The notes below the pieces were generated by a model. It made no database searches. It saw only the letters and a list, made by a program, of their open reading frames with translations, and was not told the DNA's origin. From positions 132,368 through 196,367 of the forward strand of contig JBAZTR010000002.1 of assembly GCA_041661745.1 (NCBI GenBank): 64,000 bases of DNA. Direction: 5' to 3'. Of this stretch, positions 31,042-43,497 are shown in pieces (the stretch's first letter is position 1; the number at the start of each line of letters is the position of its first letter). A program made the position numbers and the translations under genes. The DNA comes from Patescibacteria group bacterium (lineage in GTDB: Bacteria; Patescibacteriota; Patescibacteriia; UBA9934; GWF2-40-263).

Positions 31042-31266
31042 CTAACCTCGAGGAGGAAAGAGGTCGGGTTTACCATAGGTGTTTCGTCCACGGATTTTAC
31101 CATTCAAACCATGGATTATTACATCTCCACCTTGATTATCGGCAATTTCTTTTGCTATAGAAAAAGCCTGAAGTTGAGTATCTAGGTGCAAGGTGTCGCG
31201 CGAATTACCCTCGCCTAGTATAGCCCAACTCCCATCTGACCTATGAACAATGTGTTGATTGGCCAT
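31042..31266 (-). CDS. DUF2188 domain protein
   Basis: QHIV....WA..GEGNSR....TQ..A...A..IA.NQ...V.IHG.NGKIR...TYG.D.FPPRG. Confidence 0.85.
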   Translation of the reverse strand: MANQHIVHRSDGSWAILGEGNSRDTLHLDTQLQAFSIAKEIADNQGGDVIIHGLNGKIRGRNTYGKPDLFPPRG

Positions 31267-31473
31267 ATAATTTATGTGCCTTCGCTCTAGATTCCGGCCG
31301 GTGTTAATTAGCTAATTTCTAGAGAATTAGGAATTGACTTTTCACGGGGCAGTCTAACACAAGACGTGCCTTTTGTCAATAAAATGATTAACCTATTGTG
31401 TTAATAACTTTCTTGACACACCAATTTTTATGATTTATAATAATATCGTTATGCAAGGTCAATAACGCAACAT

Positions 31474-31791
31474 ATGGAGCTGTCTTTTAAAAACGAGAGG
31501 TTGAAAAAGCTTTGCGAAAATCATAAAAAAATGTTCATAAAATATGGCTGCGACCAGGCGGAGAAAATAATACAAAGGATAAACGAGCTACAAGCCGCGG
31601 AAACCTTATATGACATTTCCAAACTGCCGCAAACCAACTTGCACCCATTGGCCGAAGATCTCAATGGCTTTTTTGCTGTTAATCTAATTAATCCTTATCG
31701 ATTATTATTTTCACCGGTCAACGGTGTTAGTAGCGACCTAAAAACAATTACGAAAATTAAAATTTTCGAACTAAAAATCAACTATCACTAA
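31474..31791 (+). CDS. HigB/RelE-family toxin (killer-protein type)
   Basis: F.N..L.KLC..., LHPL..DL.G.FAV.L..PYRLLF; directly upstream of a HigA-type antitoxin. Confidence 0.8.
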   Translation: MELSFKNERLKKLCENHKKMFIKYGCDQAEKIIQRINELQAAETLYDISKLPQTNLHPLAEDLNGFFAVNLINPYRLLFSPVNGVSSDLKTITKIKIFELKINYH

Positions 31792-31794
31792 AAT

Positions 31795-32886
31795 ATGGCT
31801 GAAACTAATTTTCAACCAGATAAGGCTATACACCCCGGTAAAACGCTGCAAGAAACGTTGGACGTTTTAGGTATGAGCCAAATTGATTTAGCACAACGAA
31901 CCGAATTAACAACGAAAACTATTAACGAAATAATTCAGGGTAAAAATCCTATAACTTCCGAAACAGCGATGAAACTCGCCAATGTCTTCGGTATGGATCC
32001 TAATTTTTGGAGTAACTTACAAAAAAATTATGACGCCCAAATAGCAAAACTGCGAGAAGACGAACATCTGAAGGAAGAATCCGAATATTTAATAAAGTTC
32101 AAATGTTATAAGAAGTTGGAGGAACTGGGCTTTGTACCTAAAGTATCCGGAAAAAAAGAAAAAGTGAAGAATCTTTTAAACTTTTTCGGCATCAGCTCTC
32201 TCGATTTAGTATGTAATGTTCAACAAGTCGCCTTTAGGAAACACGAACAAAAAAAACTAGAAGAAGAATCTCTGGCGGCGTGGTTAAGGTGTGGGGAATT
32301 AGAAGCTTCAAAAATAGACACTGCTCCCTTTGACGAAAAAAAAATACAAAACAGTCTTCAAAAATTGAGAGGATTAACTCTGGAAAAGGCGGAAGCTTTT
32401 GAAAGCAAACTAATAAATGAATGTGCTTCCTTCGGAGTCGCTGTGGTCTTTATACCATACTTCAAAAATACCTATGTTTGTGGCGCTACACGATGGATCA
32501 ATCCTGAAAAAGCAATGATTCAGCTGAGTCTAAAAGGTGGACATAGTGACATTTTCTGGTTTACCTTTTTTCATGAATTGGGTCACTTATTAAAGCATGG
32601 GAAAAAAGGACGGTTTATTGAATTCGAAAAAAATAAAATCGCAAACATAGAGGAAGAACAGGCTAATAAATTTGCGTCTGATGTTTTGATTCCTCCCGTT
32701 GAGTACGCTCGATTCAAGGAGACACGAATATTTAATGACGACACAATTAAAAAATTTGCTCAGAAAATTAATGTCTCGGCAGGAATAATCGCCGGCCGCC
32801 TAGCACATGATTATGGATCTGGAAAAGCATATCGAAATTTTGAACATCTAAGGAGTAAAATTAAGTTCCGTGATAAATCCACATAA
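31795..32886 (+). CDS. HigA-family antitoxin fused to an ImmA/IrrE metallopeptidase
   Basis: IHPGKTL...MSQ.DLA.R HTH; FWFTFFHELGH and E.QAN.FA motifs. Confidence 0.88.
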   Translation: MAETNFQPDKAIHPGKTLQETLDVLGMSQIDLAQRTELTTKTINEIIQGKNPITSETAMKLANVFGMDPNFWSNLQKNYDAQIAKLREDEHLKEESEYLIKFKCYKKLEELGFVPKVSGKKEKVKNLLNFFGISSLDLVCNVQQVAFRKHEQKKLEEESLAAWLRCGELEASKIDTAPFDEKKIQNSLQKLRGLTLEKAEAFESKLINECASFGVAVVFIPYFKNTYVCGATRWINPEKAMIQLSLKGGHSDIFWFTFFHELGHLLKHGKKGRFIEFEKNKIANIEEEQANKFASDVLIPPVEYARFKETRIFNDDTIKKFAQKINVSAGIIAGRLAHDYGSGKAYRNFEHLRSKIKFRDKST

Positions 32887-32951
32887 AACAAAACTCTGAA
32901 GTCAGAAGTAGCAAAATTAAAACCGCCCCACCAATTGGGACGGTTTTTTGG

Positions 32952-33440
32952 TTATCGAATATTTCTACTTATTAATCCGGTTGAGGCCGTAAGGGCAATG
33001 GCCAAGGCGTCGGCGGCGTCATCTGGTTTAGGCACACACGACAGGTTAAAAAGGCGCGTGACCATTTTTTGCATGGCTTTTTTGTCGGCCGCCCCATTGC
33101 CAGTGACGGCTGATTTAACCTGGTTTGGGGTGAATTCGACTGTTGGGAGTTTACAGCGAGCCGCTGTCAGAGTCACCACTCCGCGGGCTTCAGCCACCTT
33201 CATGGCGGTTTTTTGGTTAACCGTGGTGTAAAGTTTTTCCATTGAAAGCAGATCCGGTTTATGCTCTTTCAAAAGACAAAGCAAGTCTTTTTCAAGCTGT
33301 AACAGCCGACTCCCAAATTCGTCTTTTTTGTCTGTGGTAATAACACCAAAATCAATGGCCCGAACGCGACAGCCGTCGACAACAATAATAGCAAAACCAA
33401 GACGATCAAAGCCTGGATCAATACCAATGATCTTAGACAT
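32952..33440 (-). CDS. ruvC: Holliday junction resolvase RuvC
   Basis: IIGIDPG, P.QVK.AVTG.G.ADK, DDAADALAIA. Confidence 0.95.
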   Translation of the reverse strand: MSKIIGIDPGFDRLGFAIIVVDGCRVRAIDFGVITTDKKDEFGSRLLQLEKDLLCLLKEHKPDLLSMEKLYTTVNQKTAMKVAEARGVVTLTAARCKLPTVEFTPNQVKSAVTGNGAADKKAMQKMVTRLFNLSCVPKPDDAADALAIALTASTGLISRNIR

Positions 33441-33441
33441 A

Positions 33442-34167
33442 TTAAGCTTCGTTGGTAAAAACCGCATCGACGTCGTCGTTTTCTTCCACTGTTTCAATAA
33501 ATTCTTCGATTTGTTTTTGAACGGCCGGGTCGTCAACCTTGGTTGTAGTCTTGGCTAAAAATTCTATACCCACACCGTCCGGTTTAAGTTTAAGAGCTTC
33601 GGCAGCATCAACGACTTTTTTTAAATCTTTTACATCACAAATAACTTGCAGACCTTCTCCAGAAGAAATAATATCTTCAGCCCCGGCCTCGATCATGGCC
33701 ATTTCAAAAGTTTCACGATCACCAACAGCACTCGAGTCAACAAAACTGACTACCCCCTTCTTATCAAACATCCACATGACACTGCCTTGGCCGCCAACTG
33801 AACCGCCGTTTTTGCTGACAATATTTTTAATCTCACCGACCGTACGATTACGATTATCAGTTGTACAACGAATAAGCAGGGCCACGCCGCCCGGAGCAAA
33901 GCCCTCGTAAATAACCTCGTCGATACTGGCCCCCTCCCCACCACCGGCCCCACGAGCCACGGCCCGCTCAATATTATCCTTGGGCATGTTTACAGCCTTA
34001 GCCGCATCAATAGCCATGCGCAACTTAAAATTAAAAGACGGGTCAGTTCCCCCTTCTTTGACGGAAACTGTAATATTTTTTGCCACCTTAGAAAAAGTAT
34101 TTGCCCGAATAGCATCGGCTTTACCTTTTACGTCTTGAATGTTATGAGAGTGAGAGTGTCCGGACAT
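33442..34167 (-). CDS. yebC: YebC/PmpR-family protein
   Basis: MSGHS, NMPKDNIERA, YEG.APGGV, TDNRNRT, DDV..V.TN. Confidence 0.92.
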   Translation of the reverse strand: MSGHSHSHNIQDVKGKADAIRANTFSKVAKNITVSVKEGGTDPSFNFKLRMAIDAAKAVNMPKDNIERAVARGAGGGEGASIDEVIYEGFAPGGVALLIRCTTDNRNRTVGEIKNIVSKNGGSVGGQGSVMWMFDKKGVVSFVDSSAVGDRETFEMAMIEAGAEDIISSGEGLQVICDVKDLKKVVDAAEALKLKPDGVGIEFLAKTTTKVDDPAVQKQIEEFIETVEENDDVDAVFTNEA

Positions 34168-34227
34168 ATTGAAGGGGTTAATTAAAAACCGCCATAATTT
34201 TAGCAATCTGGGCGGTTTCTGTCGAGG

Positions 34228-34686
34228 TTATTTTTCCATTTGGAAATACTTGGACAAAATGGCATGGTAAATGGTTTTACGTCCGACCATGCCAATCAAT
34301 TTTCCATTCTCGACAACCGGAACCTGATGAATGCCGCTGGCCGACATAAGCGCCCCGACTTTAAGGACCGGGGTTTCCGGATCAGCCACCAATGTTCGAG
34401 AAGACATAATCTCGGACACGGTACGCTCGGTTGCCGCCCGGGCTTCTTCTTCCATTAATTCGAAATCTTGATAAGCGTGCGGCGCTTCCATCCAATCTTT
34501 GTAAAGAGGAAAGAGCGCACGAAATAAATCTTTTTCAGAAAGTACACCAACAACCGTACCGTTCGCGTCAACCACAGGCACGGCTGGTAATTGTTTTTCA
34601 ATCAAAAGCATTGCGGCTTTTGACCATGACGTCTCGGGTGAACAAGTGTGCACCTCAGACGGCGTAAAGATATCTTTGATCTTCAT
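34228..34686 (-). CDS. CBS-domain protein
   Basis: Two CBS repeats (PVVD..G.VVGVLSEKDL; PVVENGKLIG.V). Confidence 0.85.
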   Translation of the reverse strand: MKIKDIFTPSEVHTCSPETSWSKAAMLLIEKQLPAVPVVDANGTVVGVLSEKDLFRALFPLYKDWMEAPHAYQDFELMEEEARAATERTVSEIMSSRTLVADPETPVLKVGALMSASGIHQVPVVENGKLIGMVGRKTIYHAILSKYFQMEK

Positions 34687-34818
34687 ATACTTCTACTAAA
34701 CCACGGGCGTGAAAGGGACGCAAGGGGTGGAAGGGTTTGAAGGGGACAAAGGGAATTTCTTTATTAAATATTTTATATTAAAACAACGACCTTGCTGGCC
34801 GTTGTTTTAATTAAATGA

Positions 34819-37800
34819 TTAACCGTTTTTTTCTAGGTCGGCTTCGGTCTGACTGACGTTGACCTCGCCTTCGTCATCCTCTTCACATGCGTGATGACCA
34901 AAGCCAGTGCCGGCTGGGATCAAACGACCGATGATAACGTTTTCTTTAAGACCTCGAAGTGTATCAACCTTACCGGTAACCGAAGCGTTAATAAGAACCC
35001 GAGCGGTTTCCTGGAAAGACGCGGCCGAAAGCCACGACTCGGTTGAGAGAGAAACTTTGGTAATACCGAGGAAGATTTGATCGGCCGAGGCTTCACGTTT
35101 ACCCAAGGCTTTGACACGATCGTTTTCATCAAGGAAACAATTCTTTTCTGTGATCTCGCCAGGCAACAATTCAGTATCGCTCGAATCAACAATACGCACG
35201 CGGCTAAACATTTGTTTAATGATAAGCTCGATGTGTTTGTTGTTCAGTTTCTGACCTTGGCTCGCATAAACAAACTGAATTTCTTTTGAAAGATAACGTT
35301 GCACGGCGTCTTGACCCTTGTGTTTGAAAAGAATCTGCAAATCAAGACCACCATCAGTTAACGGGTCGCCGGCCTGAATTTCATCACCGTCCTTAACAAT
35401 TAACGAGTAACCTGGCGGGATAATATATTCACGTGCTTTTTGGCTTTCCGCGACAAACTTGATGATGCCCTTGGCAATGGCTGAGATGGTACAACTCTTT
35501 TCGGCCAAAATCTTGGAACCGTCGGACTTTTCGGCCAAAACATCACCTGGCATAACCTTATCACCAACTTTAACCTTGGCTTCAGAACTCTTACCAATAA
35601 CCATGGCTTCGTCTTCGACACTACTATACATGATACGGACAATCTTTTGACCGGAACGAGTGTCGACAATTTGTTTACCTGTACCAACTTGAACAATTTC
35701 ACGTTCCACTGTTTCGATTTGCGCTTTACCGGAAACTTCGGACATAACTGCCTTGAGTTTCGGGTTACGCGCTTCGAATAATTCTTCCACGCGCGGCAAA
35801 CCTTGAGTAATGTCTTTGCCAGCCACACCTCCAGTATGGAAAGTACGCATGGTGAGCTGAGTACCAGGTTCACCGATGGATTGAGCGGCCATGATACCGA
35901 CCGAGGTGCCAAGTTTAACCAGCTTGTTAAAGGCCAGGTCGTAACCATAACACTGCTGACACACACCGCGGCGCGACTTGCAGGTCATAACCGAACGCAC
36001 ATGAGCCTCTTCCAATTCCTTGCCAGACTTTTCTACTTCACGAATATGATCTTCGGTAATCAAATCACCGGCTTTAACCAAAGCCTTTTTGCTACCTGGT
36101 AATTTAATGTCAGACAAAGCTGTACGACCAAGAACACGAATTAAAAGTGGTTCGCCAATTTCATCAGACTCGGCTTTGGTAAGTAACACACCGTCACGAT
36201 CACCGCAGTCAATTTCACGAACCACCACGTCTTGAGCCACATCAACCAGACGACGGGTAAGGTAACCAGCGTTGGCTGTACGAAGAGCCGTATCAGACAA
36301 ACCTTTACGCACACCGTGGCTGGAAATAAAGAACTCCAAGACATCAAAACCTTCTTTAAACGAACGTTTAACTGGCAGCTCGATAATTTCACCGGCCGGG
36401 TTAGCCACCAAGCCTTTCATACCAACCATCTGAGTAAACTGACCCCACGAACCACGAGCTCCAGATTCAATCATGGTATAAACCGGACCATTGTGAACCA
36501 GGGATTTCTTGGCTAGGTCGGAAACACGATCTTTAATTTCGTTCCAAATTTTTACAACAGAGTTGTGGCGTTCAGCTTGCGTTAACAAACCTTGAGCGAA
36601 AAAGTTGTCGACTTCACGAATACGCGTATCACCTTCGTCAAGCAATTCTTTTTTGGCTGAAAGATCCGGCAAGTCGGCCATACCCCACGAGTAACTTAAA
36701 AGGGTGGCGTTGCGGAAACATAAATCTTTAATAGCATCGAGGGTACCGGCCGTTTTTTCTTGGCCCTCGAGTTCAACTGAAGTACGAATAATGTTAGCCA
36801 ATTCTTTGCGACCGAACGGTTGGTTCATGAAAGGAATAACCGCCGGAATGACACTGTTAACAATAACGCGACCAATGGTTGTGACAGTAATCTGACTTTC
36901 ATCCTTCATGCCTTCCTTTAAGCTGCCGCGCAAACGAATCCATTCACGCAAACCGATCTTCTTTGTTTCGTAAGCGTAACGAGCATCGGACACGCTGGCA
37001 AAAGCCTTCATGTCTTTTTCTTCTGGCTTATCGGCAGTCATAGACATGCAATAAGCTGTCCAGGCCAAATCACGACCAGGCGTGGCCACTGGGCCGCCGT
37101 GGGCTGGTTTCAACAAGTTCTTGGTAGCCATCATCAAATCACGAGCTTCGTTCTTGGCTTCCTCGGTCAACGGAACGTGAACAGCCATCTGGTCGCCGTC
37201 GAAGTCAGCGTTAAAAGCGTCGCAAACTAGCGGGTGAATTTGAATTGCTTTACCTTCAATCAAAATCGGTTGGAAGGCTTGGATACCGAGACGGTGCAAG
37301 GTTGGGGCGCGGTTTAACATGACATAAGCGTCTTTGGTAATTTCTTCCAAAATGTCCCAAGTCTCAGGATGATCGCCTTCAATAAAACGGTTAGCTGAAC
37401 GAATGTTGTGAACAAACTCGCGTTCAATTAACTTGGCAATAACAAACGGTTTAAAAAGTTCCATGGCCATGGTCTTTGGCAAACCGCATTGATTCATGCG
37501 GAGGTGTGGACCAACAACAATAACCGAACGACCAGAATAGTCGATACGTTTACCAAGCAAGTTTTGACGGAAACGACCCTGTTTACCCTTCAAGAAATCA
37601 GCCAAAGATTTTAACTGACGCTTTTTGCCGGTGGCGGCCAAAACCGTTTTGGAATGTCGGGCGTTGTTATCAATAAGCGAGTCAACGGCTTCTTGCAGCA
37701 TGCGCTTTTCGTTTCGAGCAATAACTTCCGGAGCGTTCAATTCGCGTAAACGATTAAGACGGTTGTTACGGTTGATAACGCGACGGTACAAATCGTTTAA

Positions 37801-38793
37801 GTCGGAAGTGGCGAAACGGCCGCCATCAAGAGCGACCATTGGGCGCAGGTCCGGTGGGATAACCGGAATAACCTGAAGAATCATCCACTCCGGACGAATG
37901 TGATTTTTAGATAAAGCCCGCAAAAGTTTTAAGCGGCGCATGAGACGATCTTTTTTGGCCCCAATAGCTTTCGTCAAACCTTCCTCGATAAGAACAATGG
38001 TTTCTTCCAAGTTAATGCGTTGCAAAAGTCTTTGAATGGCCCCGGCACCGATATCGGCATCAAACAAATGACCATAACGAAGCGACCATTCATGATAGGT
38101 AGCTTCGTTAACCACCTTAAGTGGTTTTAATTCCTTAAGTTCTTTATCAACGGTTAAAAAGTCTTCTTCTAATTCGGCCAGTTTGCGATCACGGATACCG
38201 GCCAAGTGTTCGGCCTCTTTGCTTATTTTCTTTTCATCACCGGCAAAGCGTTGTGCCAAACGATCGACATCACGGCTGTATTCGCCTTCGATCATTTTCT
38301 TCTTACTCTTATACTCCTGCTTAACTTGTTCCAAGGTTTGTTCCTTGGCGGCTTCGTTAACATCGGTAATTAAGTAGCTGGCAAAATAAATAACCTTTTC
38401 AAGCGACTGCACCGACATATCAAGAACTGTCCCGATTTTGCTTGGCAAGCCACGCAAAAACCAAATATGGCTGACTGGCGCGGCCAATTCAATGTGACCC
38501 ATGCGTTCGCGACGAACAATCGAATGAGTAACTTCCACGCCGCATTTGTCGCAGACGATTCCTTTAAAACGAATCTTTTTGTATTTACCGCAATAACACT
38601 CCCAGTCTTTGGAAGGTCCAAAAATTTCTTCGGCAAAAAGTCCGTGCTTTTCCGGTTTCTGAGTACGATAGTTAATGGTTTCCGGCTTGGAAACTTCCCC
38701 ATAGGACCAGTTGCGCATTTCTTCCGGCGAAGCCAGACGAAGACGAATGGCGTCAAAGTCCGTGGTTTTTAAGGTGTCGAGTTTCTGAAACAT
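34819..38793 (-). CDS. rpoC: RNA polymerase beta' subunit
   Basis: [39 protein letters not shown]. Confidence 0.99.
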   Translation of the reverse strand: MFQKLDTLKTTDFDAIRLRLASPEEMRNWSYGEVSKPETINYRTQKPEKHGLFAEEIFGPSKDWECYCGKYKKIRFKGIVCDKCGVEVTHSIVRRERMGHIELAAPVSHIWFLRGLPSKIGTVLDMSVQSLEKVIYFASYLITDVNEAAKEQTLEQVKQEYKSKKKMIEGEYSRDVDRLAQRFAGDEKKISKEAEHLAGIRDRKLAELEEDFLTVDKELKELKPLKVVNEATYHEWSLRYGHLFDADIGAGAIQRLLQRINLEETIVLIEEGLTKAIGAKKDRLMRRLKLLRALSKNHIRPEWMILQVIPVIPPDLRPMVALDGGRFATSDLNDLYRRVINRNNRLNRLRELNAPEVIARNEKRMLQEAVDSLIDNNARHSKTVLAATGKKRQLKSLADFLKGKQGRFRQNLLGKRIDYSGRSVIVVGPHLRMNQCGLPKTMAMELFKPFVIAKLIEREFVHNIRSANRFIEGDHPETWDILEEITKDAYVMLNRAPTLHRLGIQAFQPILIEGKAIQIHPLVCDAFNADFDGDQMAVHVPLTEEAKNEARDLMMATKNLLKPAHGGPVATPGRDLAWTAYCMSMTADKPEEKDMKAFASVSDARYAYETKKIGLREWIRLRGSLKEGMKDESQITVTTIGRVIVNSVIPAVIPFMNQPFGRKELANIIRTSVELEGQEKTAGTLDAIKDLCFRNATLLSYSWGMADLPDLSAKKELLDEGDTRIREVDNFFAQGLLTQAERHNSVVKIWNEIKDRVSDLAKKSLVHNGPVYTMIESGARGSWGQFTQMVGMKGLVANPAGEIIELPVKRSFKEGFDVLEFFISSHGVRKGLSDTALRTANAGYLTRRLVDVAQDVVVREIDCGDRDGVLLTKAESDEIGEPLLIRVLGRTALSDIKLPGSKKALVKAGDLITEDHIREVEKSGKELEEAHVRSVMTCKSRRGVCQQCYGYDLAFNKLVKLGTSVGIMAAQSIGEPGTQLTMRTFHTGGVAGKDITQGLPRVEELFEARNPKLKAVMSEVSGKAQIETVEREIVQVGTGKQIVDTRSGQKIVRIMYSSVEDEAMVIGKSSEAKVKVGDKVMPGDVLAEKSDGSKILAEKSCTISAIAKGIIKFVAESQKAREYIIPPGYSLIVKDGDEIQAGDPLTDGGLDLQILFKHKGQDAVQRYLSKEIQFVYASQGQKLNNKHIELIIKQMFSRVRIVDSSDTELLPGEITEKNCFLDENDRVKALGKREASADQIFLGITKVSLSTESWLSAASFQETARVLINASVTGKVDTLRGLKENVIIGRLIPAGTGFGHHACEEDDEGEVNVSQTEADLEKNG

Positions 38794-38805
38794 ATTTATA
38801 TAAGA

Positions 38806-41800
38806 TTAGGCTTTTTTGAGAGCACGAGCTTTCTTTTCCTTTTCCTCGGCCAACTCGACAACTTGGCCGTTCTTCATAAGTTCAACACCTAAACACAAGC
38901 CTTTAAGTTCGCGTAAAAGCACGTTGAACGATTCTGGAATATTAACTTTTCTGATGGTCTCGTTTTTAATAATTGATTCGTACGCTTTGGAACGGCCGGG
39001 CACGTCATCTGATTTGATTGTCAAAATTTCTTGCAAGGTATGTGCCGCGCCATAAGCTTCAAGGGCCCAGACTTCCATTTCACCAAAACGCTGACCGCCA
39101 AATTGGGCCTTACCACCAAGCGGCTGCTGAGTAATGAGTGAGTACGGACCAGTGGAACGCTGGTGAATCTTGTCCTCGACCATGTGGTTAAGTTTCAACA
39201 TGTACATGTAACCAACAGTGACCGGATTGGCAAAAGCCTCGCCAGAGCGACCATCGTGCAAAATCAACTGACCGGACTTGGGGAAACCGGCTCTTTCCAA
39301 TTCATCACGAATTTCAATTTCCTTGACTCCGTTCAAAACCGGAGTAGCCACCTTATAACCAAGAGCGTTGGCGGCTAACCCTAAATGTGTTTCCAAAATC
39401 TGACCAAGGTTCATACGAGAAACAACGCCGAGTGGTGTCAAAATAACATCAACCGGGGTGCCATCCTCAAGGAACGGCATGTCTTGAACCGGAACCACTT
39501 TTGAAATAACCCCTTTGTTACCGTGACGACCGGCAACCTTGTCACCAACCTGAATCTTACGAAGATCGGCCACGGCCACCTGAACCGACTTCACCACGCC
39601 CGGCGGAAGTTTGTCGCCAGATTCGCGAGAGAAGACTTTAATGTCAACCACCTTGCCGTGTTCACCGTGTTCCAAATACATGGAAGAGTCACGAACATCA
39701 CGAGCTTTTTCACCAAAAATGGCGCGCAACAATTTTTCTTCAGCGGAAAGTTCGGTCTCGCCTTTCGGAGTGATTTTACCAACCAAAATGTCGCCGGATT
39801 TAACTTCAGCACCAACACGAATAACACCTTCGGCATCAAGATTTTTTAATTTCTCTTCCGAGACATTAGGGATGTCACAAGTTATGACCTCGGAACCTAA
39901 TTTAGTATCTCGAACATCAAGGGTGTAATTTTCAATATGAACTGAGGTAAAACGATCATCGTGCACCATGCGTTCATTAATGATTACGGCGTCCTCGTAG
40001 TTATAACCTTCCCACACCATGAAAGCGACGAGGGCGTTTTGTCCCAAAGCCAACTCACCTTTTTCAACAGCTGAGGAGTCGGCAATCAAATCGCCTTTTT
40101 TAACCTTATCCCCGACATCAATCGAAGGAACTTGGTTAATACAAGTTGAAGCGTTTGAACGCAAGAACTTATTAAGACGTTGAACATGAACATTATCTTT
40201 TTTATCAGTAATTTCAATGCGATTACCATCAACAGCAGTAACCGTGCCTTCAGCATCGGCCAAAACTACGTGACCGGAATCGCGTGCCGCCCGTCTTTCT
40301 GACCCGGTGCCGACAATCGGCGACTGTGGTTTGATGGTTGGCACAGCCTGACGTTGCATGTTCGTACCCATGAGAGCACGAGTAGCGTCGTCGTGTTCCA
40401 AAAACGGCACGAGTGAGGAACCAATAGACACGATTTGTTTGGAAGAGACGTCAACGTAGTCGACTTCTTCGACTGGAACAATTTGTGGCTCGCCAAATTT
40501 ACGAGCACTGACAAAATCGTCGACAATGAAACCTTCGGCATCCATTTTAATGGTGGCCGGAACGGTAACATGCTTGTCTTCCTTAAAAGCGTTGATGTAT
40601 TCAATCTCGTCAGTCACGTGCACGCGAACCTTACCCTTCTTGTCAGTAATTTTTTCGGTTTTGCGATAAGGTGTTTCGATGAAACCGTATTTGTTAACCA
40701 CGGCATAGCTGGCCAGCTGGCCAACCAAACCAATGTTTGGACCTTCTGGGGTTTGAATCGGGCAAATACGACCGTAGTGTGTTGGGTGAACGTCGCGAAC
40801 TTCGAAACCAGCGCGTTCGCGGGAAAGACCGCCCGGACCCATGGCTGATAAACGACGTTTGTGTTCCAATTCGGACAACGGATTCATTTGGTCCATGAAT
40901 TGCGACAACTGTGAGGACATGAAAAATTCACGTACTGCCCCAATGACCGGTCGAGCATTAATAAGACGAGCCGGTGTTAAGAGTTCGACCTCTTGTGTCG
41001 ACATGCGATCTTTAATAATGCGCTCCATGCGCGCCAAACCAACGCGGAAACGGCTTTGGATAAGTTCACCAACCGCGCGGACACGGCGGTTGCCCAAGTG
41101 ATCAACGTCATCAGGATCTTCTTGAGTAATATTTAAACGAATAATTTCGCGGATGATTTGTACCAAATCTTCTTTGTGCAAAATGCGCTTTTCTTCTGGA
41201 GTAATTTCTGTCTCGGAAGCATCCAAACCAAAACGCAGGTTAAACTTAAAGCGACCAACTTTACCCAAATCATAACGATCGAAATTGAAGAACATGGAGT
41301 GGATCAAAGACTTGGCGTTGTCTGGGGTAGCCAGGTCGCCCGGACGAATGCGCTTGTAAACTTCGATCAAACCACCGTTCTCATCTTTAGAAGGATCCTT
41401 AGCCAGAGTCGATTCAATGTAATGGTTCATTGGGTGAGTATCGATGTCCTCGAATAGCTTGATGATTTCTTCATCGGTAAAATAACCGAAAGCGCGGAGC
41501 AAAGCTGTTACCGTAACCTTGCGCTTGCGATCGATTTTAACCCACATGACATTTTTTGGATCAGTCTCAAATTCCAACCAGGCTCCGCGATTAGGAATAA
41601 TCTTGGCGCCGTAATAACGGCGACCGCGTTGTACCTCGGCCGTGAAAAAAGCTCCGGCCGAACGCACCAACTGCGAAACAATAACGCGCTCAATGCCGTT
41701 GATGATAAAGGTGCCGCGCGGGGTCATGACCGGCAAGTCGCCCAAATAAATTTCCTGTTCCTTGCTGGTGTTGTTGCGCTTGTTGGTTAAACGAGCCTTG

Positions 41801-42081
41801 ATGCGCAACGGTGCTTCGAAGGTAATATTTTTATTACGGGAAGTAACCTCGTCAAACTTTGGTTCATCCATGTAATAGTCGTCAAAATGCAATTCCAAAT
41901 CGCGACCAATAAAATCACGAATCGGATTGATTTCATCAAACAGTTCGCGCAAACCTTCTTTCATGAACCAGTCGTAAGAACTTAACTGGATTTCCGTAAG
42001 CTCGGGCAGTTCCATGCTGTCCGGTACGGTCGTAAAAGTGCGACGTTCCTTCTCCTTCGGAGGTGTTAAGCGGTAAATCAT
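38806..42081 (-). CDS. rpoB: RNA polymerase beta subunit
   Basis: [38 protein letters not shown]. Confidence 0.99.
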   Translation of the reverse strand: MIYRLTPPKEKERRTFTTVPDSMELPELTEIQLSSYDWFMKEGLRELFDEINPIRDFIGRDLELHFDDYYMDEPKFDEVTSRNKNITFEAPLRIKARLTNKRNNTSKEQEIYLGDLPVMTPRGTFIINGIERVIVSQLVRSAGAFFTAEVQRGRRYYGAKIIPNRGAWLEFETDPKNVMWVKIDRKRKVTVTALLRAFGYFTDEEIIKLFEDIDTHPMNHYIESTLAKDPSKDENGGLIEVYKRIRPGDLATPDNAKSLIHSMFFNFDRYDLGKVGRFKFNLRFGLDASETEITPEEKRILHKEDLVQIIREIIRLNITQEDPDDVDHLGNRRVRAVGELIQSRFRVGLARMERIIKDRMSTQEVELLTPARLINARPVIGAVREFFMSSQLSQFMDQMNPLSELEHKRRLSAMGPGGLSRERAGFEVRDVHPTHYGRICPIQTPEGPNIGLVGQLASYAVVNKYGFIETPYRKTEKITDKKGKVRVHVTDEIEYINAFKEDKHVTVPATIKMDAEGFIVDDFVSARKFGEPQIVPVEEVDYVDVSSKQIVSIGSSLVPFLEHDDATRALMGTNMQRQAVPTIKPQSPIVGTGSERRAARDSGHVVLADAEGTVTAVDGNRIEITDKKDNVHVQRLNKFLRSNASTCINQVPSIDVGDKVKKGDLIADSSAVEKGELALGQNALVAFMVWEGYNYEDAVIINERMVHDDRFTSVHIENYTLDVRDTKLGSEVITCDIPNVSEEKLKNLDAEGVIRVGAEVKSGDILVGKITPKGETELSAEEKLLRAIFGEKARDVRDSSMYLEHGEHGKVVDIKVFSRESGDKLPPGVVKSVQVAVADLRKIQVGDKVAGRHGNKGVISKVVPVQDMPFLEDGTPVDVILTPLGVVSRMNLGQILETHLGLAANALGYKVATPVLNGVKEIEIRDELERAGFPKSGQLILHDGRSGEAFANPVTVGYMYMLKLNHMVEDKIHQRSTGPYSLITQQPLGGKAQFGGQRFGEMEVWALEAYGAAHTLQEILTIKSDDVPGRSKAYESIIKNETIRKVNIPESFNVLLRELKGLCLGVELMKNGQVVELAEEKEKKARALKKA

Positions 42082-42147
42082 AATTTGGCTTATAGAACAA
42101 AAAATCCGTCCCTAAAATAAAGGAAGGTTAATTATGTTTTTTTATTG

Positions 42148-42345
42148 TTAGGCAGGACAGTTCCAGCGCGCTCGTCAAGCGGGTCGCGTTAGTAACCGTT
42201 AAATATTGCGCCAGCATGGAAAATATTTTTTCATGCCTCGAATCCCGTCAAACGGGAGAAGAAGCTTTTGCTGGAGGTCCGCCCGGTAGACCTGTCTGCC
42301 TCAAACGGGGCGAATTTTAGCCGAAAAACTTCGGCCAGCTCGACG
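42148..42345 (-). promoter_or_regulatory. Structured 5' leader of rpoB (candidate cis-regulatory RNA)
   Basis: Promoter TTGACG...TATATT at 42376-42348; nested stems AGGCAGACAG/CTGTCCTGCCT and TCCAGC/GCTGGA enclosing several hairpins. Confidence 0.5.
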
Positions 42346-42744
42346 CAAATATATCAAAGCTGTGGACAAACGTCAAGAGGAAAAAGAGTGAATAAAAAAC
42401 AAGCTGTCAAGACTAGAACTTTTTTAGCTTAATTTAGCTAAAAGACAGTATAAAACCAACTTTTAACCCGGAAGTTATCCCCAAAATCCCCCTTCGTCGA
42501 GCCTAGCTCGACTTCGGAGGGATTGTTCAAACATTCATGGAACAAACACAAATGCTCCACCAAAAGCCACAAAGCAACAGCGATGACTTGAGCGAAGAAA
42601 CACTAAGCCAATATTGTTTGAACGCGAGGAGAGAGATTTGCATTCAAGACATTGATCTAGCGGCATCACGTGCTTTGCGGCTTCCGATGGAGCATCCGAG
42701 GGTATTATTAAATCATTTTTTTATTATTTCGACAAGGTAACTAA

Positions 42745-42944
42745 AACGCCCCAAAACGGAAGACAAGAACCATGAGTGGCCGGGCTTACGCTAGGCATCG
42801 TGGGTAGAAGTCGAAGGCGGTCAGAAGAAAGCCGAGGCCTTGTTCTGATCGAATCGAGTTCAAATTATCTTATTCGGCAACAAAACCGAACAAAATGTGG
42901 CTCCTCTTGTCCTCCGTTTTAGGGCGGAATCAATCATTTTTGAC
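42745..42944 (-). ncRNA. Candidate 6S RNA
   Basis: ~180-nt rod with a 22-bp closing stem (42747-42768/42905-42926) whose two mismatches are G-U pairs only on the minus strand; own TTGACA/extended -10 promoter at 42979-42951. Confidence 0.55.
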
Positions 42945-43081
42945 CGAAAAATATACCACAAAATCACGACTTTGTCAATGTTCGCGTCTTCTAATTGATA
43001 AAACAAAACCTCTCGCAAACTTCTAATCCCTAAAGATTAAATATCTGCGAGAGGCTTCCGAACGCGCTGGGCACGCTCGGA

Positions 43082-43339
43082 TTAGACGTCGATCGCCTTG
43101 GTGCGGTCGACTTCGAGCTGGTCGGGCTTCTTGCGGCGGCGGATCTCGATGATCGCCCGCCAGCCGATGAACCCGAGCGTCAGCTCGTCCATGAGAGGAA
43201 TGGTGTCCGGAGTGAGAATGCCGATCCCGAGGATCAGCAGAATCGCCCACAGAATCCAGCTTGGAAGTCTGCGAAGGATCTTCTTGTCCGCCCAGTCGAG
43301 GACGGAATGATGAAGGAACTTGGCCGGAAGCATAAGCAT
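43082..43339 (-). CDS. Small membrane protein (DUF1232-like)
   Basis: Hydrophobic, PDTIPLMDE motif, SD GGAGG, own promoter. Confidence 0.55.
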   Translation of the reverse strand: MLMLPAKFLHHSVLDWADKKILRRLPSWILWAILLILGIGILTPDTIPLMDELTLGFIGWRAIIEIRRRKKPDQLEVDRTKAIDV

Positions 43340-43497
43340 CGATTTTTCCTCCAGGCTTAATAGCCTGTTTACTCGTTGTTAAGTCCAAAAAACTAAACTA
43401 TCGGATATAAAATATACCATAAAAAAGCCCTTTTGTCAATGGTCAATAAAAAACCACACAGCCGTAAAGCTGTGCGGGGAGAGGGGGTTGTCGGGTA

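Noticed and set aside
30941-32950. tRNA-Gly-integrated mobile element
   Set aside because: No integrase and no duplicated tRNA 3' end on the far side
42537-42740. 67-aa ORF between the rpoB leader and the 6S candidate
   Set aside because: No recognisable motif, start signal or promoter; the region is left unassigned
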